From Nostoc sp. (GTDB taxonomy: Bacteria > Cyanobacteriota > Cyanobacteriia > Cyanobacteriales > Nostocaceae), in contig NZ_JBGTFY010000387.1 of assembly GCF_041747015.1 (NCBI RefSeq), forward strand, positions 3,167 to 67,166: a stretch of DNA of 64,000 nt, in the 5' to 3' direction. Every line of letters begins with the position of its first letter. Positions within the stretch are counted from its first letter, which is position 1. The notes under the pieces are model-generated. The model saw only the letters and a program-made list of their open reading frames with translations, was not told where the DNA came from and ran no database searches. A program made the position numbers and the translations under genes. This document shows positions 58,094 to 64,000 of this stretch, piece after piece.

Positions 58094-59467
58094 ATGCAAC
58101 AGCTAAAATCCGCCGAGTCAATGCCTGGTAGCTATGGCTTGCCCATCTTGGGGGAGACTTTGGAAATATTTCGGGATTTAGAACTGTATATATGGCGGCG
58201 ATTCCAGCAGCATGGTTCAGTTTTTAAGACAAGCGTCTTGGGACGTAAACGTGCTTATTTAATTGGCCCTGATGCTAATCGGCTGGTGCTGGTAGAACAA
58301 GCGGAAAATATGTCGTCACGCATGGGGTGGTATTTCTTAGAACCAACATTTGGCAACAATATTTTATTACAAGATGGTGAAGAACATCGGGTAACTCGTC
58401 GCTTAATGTATCCAGCATTTCACGGAAAAGCGATCGCTACATACTTCGACACAATCCAAAATATTGTGCAAGATTTCCTCAAAGATTGGGGAGAGCAAAG
58501 AACGATTTCTTTAAATTCTAGTTTCCGTCAGCTTACCTTGATGGTTGCGACTCGGCTTTTTTTGGGAAGTCAAAACAAGAGCGAAGTTGAGCAAACTAGT
58601 CAGTGGTTTACACAACTGCTAGATAGCAGTATGGCAATATTCAAATGGAATGTTCCTTTTACTTTATATGGTCGCGGTCAAAATACTAGGGGTAAGTTAG
58701 TTGCTTTTTTGCGTCAAGCGATGCCTGCGGCGGGCTACGCCTACGCCCAGCGTATCGAGCAGGGTAACTTAGAAGAATCAAAAGATGTTTTGGGATTACT
58801 GCTAGCAGCTGTTGATGAAGATGGCAATAAATTGAGCGAAGCACAGGTAATCAACGAGGCATTACTATTGCTGTTTGCCGGACATGAGACAACAGCCTCC
58901 TTACTGAGTTGGGTAATATTTGAATTAGGTAATCACCCAGAATGGCGAGAGCGACTGCGCCAGGAACAGTTAGCAGTTGTGGGAGACAATCCCCTTAACC
59001 TGTCCCATCTCAAACAACTTCCACAGTTAACCAACGTGCTAAAAGAAGCAGAACGGCTGTATCCCCCAGTGTATGCCTATAATCGTGGTGTAATTAAGGA
59101 TATTGAGTATGCAGGCTATTGCATCCCAGCAGGTTGGTTTGTGACTATTTCGCCGATGTTGACTCACCGCTTACCAGAACTGTACACTGATCCCGCTCGC
59201 TTCGACCCCGATCGCTTTGCACCACCTCGTGAAGAAGATAAAAAACATCCTTTGGCACTAGTGGGTTTTGGTCATGGTTCGCACAGTTGTTTAGGCATGG
59301 AATTTGCTCAGATGGAAATGAAAATTGTACTTTCTACACTGCTTCGCCATTACGACTGGACAGTAAAACCGGATTATTCGGCGATCGCTCCAGTTCGCCA
59401 GCCTTCTAAAGTTAAAGATACTCTACAAGCGTATATTGAGCCTTTGAATAGCAAGCTAAATTCTTAA
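58094..59467 (+). CDS. Cytochrome P450
   Basis: I-helix AGHETT, the ExxR region, and the heme loop FGHGSHSCLGMEFA. The ATG at 58094 has GGAGG about 10 nt upstream. Confidence 0.9.
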   Translation: MQQLKSAESMPGSYGLPILGETLEIFRDLELYIWRRFQQHGSVFKTSVLGRKRAYLIGPDANRLVLVEQAENMSSRMGWYFLEPTFGNNILLQDGEEHRVTRRLMYPAFHGKAIATYFDTIQNIVQDFLKDWGEQRTISLNSSFRQLTLMVATRLFLGSQNKSEVEQTSQWFTQLLDSSMAIFKWNVPFTLYGRGQNTRGKLVAFLRQAMPAAGYAYAQRIEQGNLEESKDVLGLLLAAVDEDGNKLSEAQVINEALLLLFAGHETTASLLSWVIFELGNHPEWRERLRQEQLAVVGDNPLNLSHLKQLPQLTNVLKEAERLYPPVYAYNRGVIKDIEYAGYCIPAGWFVTISPMLTHRLPELYTDPARFDPDRFAPPREEDKKHPLALVGFGHGSHSCLGMEFAQMEMKIVLSTLLRHYDWTVKPDYSAIAPVRQPSKVKDTLQAYIEPLNSKLNS

Positions 59468-59607
59468 CATGATATAAAGTTAAAGTTCGATTTGCTACAT
59501 AAACCAAAAGGTTAGGATAACTGCTACAACTTTCGGGCAGTGTTATACCGTTCATTTTTTAGGGAATCCTATATATGAAACTGTATAAAACTTGTCAGTA
59601 AAGAGGT

Positions 59608-60678
59608 ATGAAAATCACAGGAACAATCAGGGGTATTAATATCCGGGAAGGTAAAGCACCTTATGGCTTCATTACTCCTGAGACAGCAATACCTGATCAC
59701 AAGGGAGACATACGTTTCTTCGCAGATAGACTAATTGGAATCGAAATTAAAGATTTAGAAAGAGGGAATTTAGTAGAATTTATTGTCCAAGAATGGAATA
59801 AAAAAGATGGTACTGTAGAAAAAGTTGCTGAGGAAGTATGCTTCCTAAATGAATCTAGCAGATTAGTAGGGGTTATTAACTGGCTAAATCAAGAAGAAGG
59901 TAAAGGCTTTATTAGACTTGACAAACCGCTAAAAAATCAAGATAAAGATTTGCTATTTTTTAAGCAAGATTTAGAGGAAATTACACTTGAAAATCTTTCT
60001 AAAGGGGACAAGGTAGACTTTACATTACAAAATATAAATTATCAAGATGGAAGGGTTATAAAAGCTGTTAAGAAAATTCGTTTAGTTTTTCCAACCTTAC
60101 CTAAACCAACGGCATCTTTGAATAAAAAAGCTATTTTTAATATTGATACTTTTAATGTTAAAGATGTCAAAGAAAAAATTAGTTCATGCTTGGGTAATTC
60201 CATGAAGCTTTCAGATTCAGCAGAGTTTGAGGATTATGTATTTATGGTTCTCAGGCTTCTCGGTATCCATAACTTATATCAATATGACAAAAAAAACCAA
60301 GCAGGTAGAGCAGATGGTTTCTTTATAATAGGAAGCCTTGCAGTAATGTATGATTGTACGCTTAGAAAAAACTTTGATGAACACAAAAAAGAGCAGATTG
60401 AAAACTATGTAAATAAATTAAAAAATTCTCAGATGACAATTGATGTAAGACTTACAGATGGTGGAGGAAGGAAAAAAACGCTCCAAATTCAAGGTAAAAA
60501 TCGTCAAGTTTGGATAATTAGCCAAGAAAGTACTAGAGAATTATATGATGTTGATGGTATTCGTATTAAAGAAATTTCAGTGCAAGATTTGATTAAAATA
60601 CTTAATAAAAGACTATATTCAGATGCTTTTGAAGAAGATGAACTATCTGCACATCTTGCAGTAATTGATAAAACTTAA
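59608..60678 (+). CDS. Two cold-shock-like OB folds fused to a FokI-cleavage-domain-like (PD-D/ExK) C-terminus
   Basis: RNP1/RNP2-like pairs APYGFITP/DIRFFAD and GKGFIRLD/DLLFFKQD. The C-terminal half is FEDYVFMVLRLLGIH...GRADGFFIIGSLAVMYDCTLRKNFDEHKKEQIENYV. AT-rich with no HIP1. Confidence 0.55.
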   Translation: MKITGTIRGINIREGKAPYGFITPETAIPDHKGDIRFFADRLIGIEIKDLERGNLVEFIVQEWNKKDGTVEKVAEEVCFLNESSRLVGVINWLNQEEGKGFIRLDKPLKNQDKDLLFFKQDLEEITLENLSKGDKVDFTLQNINYQDGRVIKAVKKIRLVFPTLPKPTASLNKKAIFNIDTFNVKDVKEKISSCLGNSMKLSDSAEFEDYVFMVLRLLGIHNLYQYDKKNQAGRADGFFIIGSLAVMYDCTLRKNFDEHKKEQIENYVNKLKNSQMTIDVRLTDGGGRKKTLQIQGKNRQVWIISQESTRELYDVDGIRIKEISVQDLIKILNKRLYSDAFEEDELSAHLAVIDKT

Positions 60679-60788
60679 TCTTACTTTTTTATGACACTTA
60701 CCTCCAATTTATATATTGAGATAGAAGCTTATCTTTATAGATGGTCAACCTATTGTTAGGCTACATTTAGCAAGTTTGAGATGTAACT

Positions 60789-61364
60789 ATGACTGCCCTG
60801 ATTCTAAACCTCAGCCCCACCATTGAGTTAACAGATGAGCAATTCTTCCAACTGTGTCAGAATAATCGAGATTTGCGACTTGAGCGCACGGCAGAGGGAG
60901 AATTAATTATCATGCCACCAACTGGATGGGAAAGCGGAAATCGCAATAGTAGACTGACACAACGCTTAGGTAATTGGGCTGACGCTGATGGCACAGGTTT
61001 GGCTTTTGACTCCTCAACGGGTTTTAAGCTCCCCAATGGTGCAAATCGTTCTCCTGATGCATCTTGGGTGAGCCGGGAGCGATTAGAAGCCCTGAATCCA
61101 GACCCTGCAAAATTCCTACCACTCGCTCCCGATTTTGCGGTAGAATTGCGCTCTGCTTCAGATAGCTTAAAGACTGTACAACAAAAAATGCAGGAGTATA
61201 TCGATAACGGTGTGCGTCTGGGCTGGCTGATTGACCCCCAGAACCAACAGGTGGAAATTTATCGCCCAGGACAGGAAGTTGAAGTTTTGCGCTCGCCTAC
61301 TAGTTTATCAGGTGAGGATATATTGCCTGGGTTTGTGCTGGATTTAGCCCAGATTTTGAGTTAA
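60789..61364 (+). CDS. Uma2-family (DUF820) endonuclease-like protein
   Basis: LERTAEGELIIMPPTG...SPDASWV...APDFAVELRSASD...KMQEYIDNGVRLGWLIDP is the Uma2 pattern that is common in cyanobacteria. Confidence 0.85.
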   Translation: MTALILNLSPTIELTDEQFFQLCQNNRDLRLERTAEGELIIMPPTGWESGNRNSRLTQRLGNWADADGTGLAFDSSTGFKLPNGANRSPDASWVSRERLEALNPDPAKFLPLAPDFAVELRSASDSLKTVQQKMQEYIDNGVRLGWLIDPQNQQVEIYRPGQEVEVLRSPTSLSGEDILPGFVLDLAQILS

Positions 61365-61794
61365 ACGATCCTTCGTGTTTACTAGCAAGATTCAATACCT
61401 TCGCCAATTTAAGAAGAGTTGAAACTCAATTTTGAAGGGGATGAAGCGAATTATTAGCTTCACTGTTTACAATACATGACAAGATGCCCAAAAAGGGGTG
61501 GTGTAAAAGAGTCATTTGTGTCTTAATTTGTTTAGATACAAATTTTACTGCTATCAGGGTAATTACGATGACAAATAGACCTCCTTCCGAACCGGAGTCA
61601 TCCCAAAGAACTGCCCTTGGCTTTGATGAATTTATAGCCACCACGACTTTCGCGCACTCCAAAGGAAAATGTAGAGAGTAAATTATCCGCAGGAAACTCG
61701 TCTCAGTAAGCTTAGTAGCAAAAGTGGTCACTCAAGAAGCAGAGGAGCTGAGGAGAAAGATTCTTTATTGCTCCCCTGCTCCCCTGCGAGGAAA

Positions 61795-61850
61795 TTCAAA
61801 ATTAGAGATTCAAAATTCAAACAAAGACTTTGAATTTTGAATTAGAGCAT
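61795..61850. repeat. AT-rich palindrome between convergent genes
   Basis: attcaaaattcaaacaaagactttgaattttgaat. It could act as a bidirectional terminator. Confidence 0.45.
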
Positions 61851-61889
61851 TTGCGTAGCGTCTTTGCAGGAGAAGCGATAGCTCAGATA

Positions 61890-62333
61890 TTAAGCTTCTG
61901 GAATTTCTTTACCAACCACTTGTGATTTAAGAATGGTGATTTCACCAGTTAACTCTTGCCTGGTTGAGGCTTTGAGTAAATAGCGGTAAACAAACCAGGC
62001 AGAATAACCAATACCAATCAACTCAAAAGTAGGTGCTACCAAGGGGATATCATTTAAAGCATCTAATATTGCCAAGAGTACTTTAACCCCAACAATCGAT
62101 CCCACAATTAAACCAACTGTTACCAGAGGTTGCTTATATTGATTAAAGAAGCTTCCTAGATATTCTGGCAATGTTGCTAAAAAGCTAGAAATTTGCTCCC
62201 CGTATTTTAGCCATTCATCTTGAGACTGCGCGGGAGGCTGAAGTTTGGTGATAGTTCCTGTTTGGTTGTTGATCTCTGCCACTGTAGCCTCTTTTGATGT
62301 GGTTTCTGTGAATTCTTGTTCTGACATTTTCAC
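61890..62333 (-). CDS. CAAD-domain thylakoid membrane protein (CurT-like)
   Basis: Two adjacent TM helices and a conserved tail (PLVTVGLIVGSIVGVKVLLAILDALNDIPLVAPTFELIGIGYSAWFVYRYLL), typical of CAAD/CURT1 proteins. Confidence 0.75.
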   Translation of the reverse strand: MKMSEQEFTETTSKEATVAEINNQTGTITKLQPPAQSQDEWLKYGEQISSFLATLPEYLGSFFNQYKQPLVTVGLIVGSIVGVKVLLAILDALNDIPLVAPTFELIGIGYSAWFVYRYLLKASTRQELTGEITILKSQVVGKEIPEA

Positions 62334-62519
62334 TCCTATAAATTTGACAGGTGAGTTTTTTTAATCTGGATAATTACAACCAAAAGGCTGTTGATTAGGT
62401 AATGCAAAAGTGCATCAGTACAATTGAGTCAAAGACACAAAAGAGTTTTAGTGTTCCATAACCATAATTGCTCCGCAATATCTACTGCATCAACTACAAG
62501 GTAGATCAGTAGGAGGATA

Positions 62520-62572
62520 GAACTCAGAAAGCAGCAGGATGTATTATAGTTCAGCTTTCTGAGTTCTTTTTT
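62520..62572 (+). terminator. Orphan intrinsic-terminator-like hairpin
   Basis: 13-bp perfect stem gaactcagaaagc (62520-62532) / gctttctgagttc (62554-62566), a 21-nt loop, then TTTTTT (62567-62572). Confidence 0.45.
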
Positions 62573-63059
62573 GAATCAACTGGAATCCTCAGGTTGTAAT
62601 TATCCCATTTCGTGTCATTTGCTCATAATCGTACTAAATCTTAAGTACAAATCATCCAAAAATCAGTCTACCTCTCATTTATATAAGCCTAAAAGTAGAT
62701 TTTATCTGATATTAAAGCTATCTTAAGCCGCGTTCGTCAATTAACGCATTGGTATTGATATTAATACGGAATAAAAATATTTGTGTATTCACATAGACTA
62801 GACTTTAGAACTATTTTATGATAATGATGCCTGAAGATTGAGGATTGGGGAATAACCCATGCCCCATACTCTACAAGTATCCTTAGCAACATTGCGATCA
62901 AAACCGCTGATATAATATAAGGATATGCTAATTATCTAGTGAGCAATGATTTGCTCTTCCTATAAAAGAAGATAATGTAGATGTGAATCACCAGTTAAAG
63001 TATTTGCACAAGCTAGACTGATTTGGTGACTTTTGCGTGAAGGCAAGTAGATTTGAGGA

Positions 63060-64000
63060 ATGCCAACTCAGAAGCCAATCCCTATCGACAGCAGTTCAGA
63101 AAGCAAAAAAGTGTCAGAGGAAGAGCCATCAATAGACGAACTCCCGACCATAGAATTTCCCTCACGAGGGAGACTCAAAGCCAGTTCTTGGCGTATCCAT
63201 CAAAAAATTGGCTATGGGTACTTTGTCGCTATTGGAATTGGTTTTTTTGGCTCACTTACTGGATTAGTGATCGCCAACTATTACCGGGGAAGAGAAGTCA
63301 GACAATTTAATCAAGCTTATGAACAAGGACAATTACTGAGTAATTATAAAGATGCAGTAGTAGGCGCGCAATTGCATAGCTCTAACCTAGTTGCTGTATT
63401 AGAAAATTCACAACAGCTAGAAAGTAAAAAAGCTGATTTTCTGAAGAATGTTGAAAAAGCTCAACAACTAGAGTCAAAAATTACCGGATTTATCAACAGT
63501 AAACCCCGGAGACTAGCAGCAACAAGTTCTACTTTACAAACGTTATTGCTGGATTACAAGACTAACTTAAAAGCCTACGTTGACCAAATCGAGGTAGTCT
63601 TACAGAAAATTGACTCCCAGCAAGTGCGGCCTGAGCAGATTTTCTCTGCCCGATCGCAGTTATTGACAATTATGCGTAGTGAGACAGCCATACGGCTAGA
63701 TCAGCTTTCGCAAAACTTGACTAACATCCTGCAAACTGCTGAAGATCAAGAGCAAGAAAGGCAAAAAGCCGTTGAGCAGGCGAAAGGAGTTGAGCGATTC
63801 ATTGTGATTATGAGTATGCTGGTTTCGGTAGCGATCGCAGCCATTGTAGCTTGGCGTACCAGTCGAGCGATCGCTGAACCAGTGATCACTGTCACCCAAG
63901 TAGCGGAACAAGTAGCTCGTAAATCTAATTTCGATTTGCGAGCTCCCATCACCACTGAAGATGAAATTGGCCTGCTTGCCAAATCTCTAAATCATCTAAT
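63060..64000 (+). CDS. Two-TM sensor with a periplasmic helical domain and HAMP linker (N-terminal part of a histidine kinase or MCP), running off the window
   Basis: Open frame from the ATG at 63060 to the window end: MPTQKPIP...TM1 YFVAIGIGFFGSLTGLVIA...TM2 FIVIMSMLVSVAIAAIVAW, followed by the HAMP-like RTSRAIAEPVITVTQVAEQVA...EDEIGLLAKSLNHL. It is absent from the ORF track because it has no stop codon in the window. Confidence 0.75.
   Translation, partial: MPTQKPIPIDSSSESKKVSEEEPSIDELPTIEFPSRGRLKASSWRIHQKIGYGYFVAIGIGFFGSLTGLVIANYYRGREVRQFNQAYEQGQLLSNYKDAVVGAQLHSSNLVAVLENSQQLESKKADFLKNVEKAQQLESKITGFINSKPRRLAATSSTLQTLLLDYKTNLKAYVDQIEVVLQKIDSQQVRPEQIFSARSQLLTIMRSETAIRLDQLSQNLTNILQTAEDQEQERQKAVEQAKGVERFIVIMSMLVSVAIAAIVAWRTSRAIAEPVITVTQVAEQVARKSNFDLRAPITTEDEIGLLAKSLNHL

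Noticed and set aside
61426-61731. ORFs 61426-61731 (minus) and 61484-61681 (plus) between the Uma2 and CurT-like genes.
   Set aside because: They mutually overlap, have no motifs and poor start contexts. I treat them as non-coding.
63053-63982. Tracked ORFs 63053-63310 (plus) and 63696-63911 / 63746-63982 (minus).
   Set aside because: A different plus-strand frame, starting at 63060, stays open to the window end and encodes a coherent TM-sensor-TM-HAMP protein. The tracked ORFs are out-of-frame or antisense shadows.

Overview
This is a chromosomal window from a heterocyst-forming (Nostocales-type) cyanobacterium. The evidence is the dense GCGATCGC (HIP1) octamers in core genes, the STRR-type heptamer arrays in intergenic spacers, and the gene content. 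Core genes are ndhF3-ndhD3-cupA (inducible CO2 uptake), ilvC, an NDH-2, dapL, crcB, an ARTO-type ctaCDE oxidase operon preceded by two DUF2231 genes, topA, aroQ, a 7TM-HD hydrolase and a CurT/CAAD protein. Between them sit short AT-rich, HIP1-free islets carrying defence or toxin-antitoxin-like genes. (A) 5117-8385 is a tightly coupled three-gene operon: a DUF262 ParB-like protein, an ABC/OLD-type ATPase, and an unknown 312-aa protein with a RelE/HigB-like C-terminus. I cannot assign it to a named system, and it is my top candidate for a new system. (B) 13399-15827 is an ABC ATPase plus a DUF4435/TOPRIM-like partner (PARIS/AriAB-like), next to a decayed vapBC. (C) 59608-60678 is a single gene fusing two cold-shock-like OB folds to a FokI-cleavage-domain-like C-terminus, with no methyltransferase nearby. 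Other notable content is a cluster of four CadD-family transporter paralogs around a LysR gene, and a large beta-helix/RTX secreted protein with three near-identical internal repeats. There is also a CheB-like gene coupled to a hybrid histidine kinase, a TetR-Rieske-P450 module, and nested TA cassettes joined at a HIP1 site. At least five genes are disrupted: vapC, an SPFH gene, lysR, the fourth cadD paralog and the hybrid kinase. Several gene remnants are also present. I found no rRNA, tRNA, CRISPR array or transposase gene. All calls come from reading the ORF translations and the DNA by eye. Family assignments rest on remembered motifs, and hand-counted motif coordinates may be off by a few nt.
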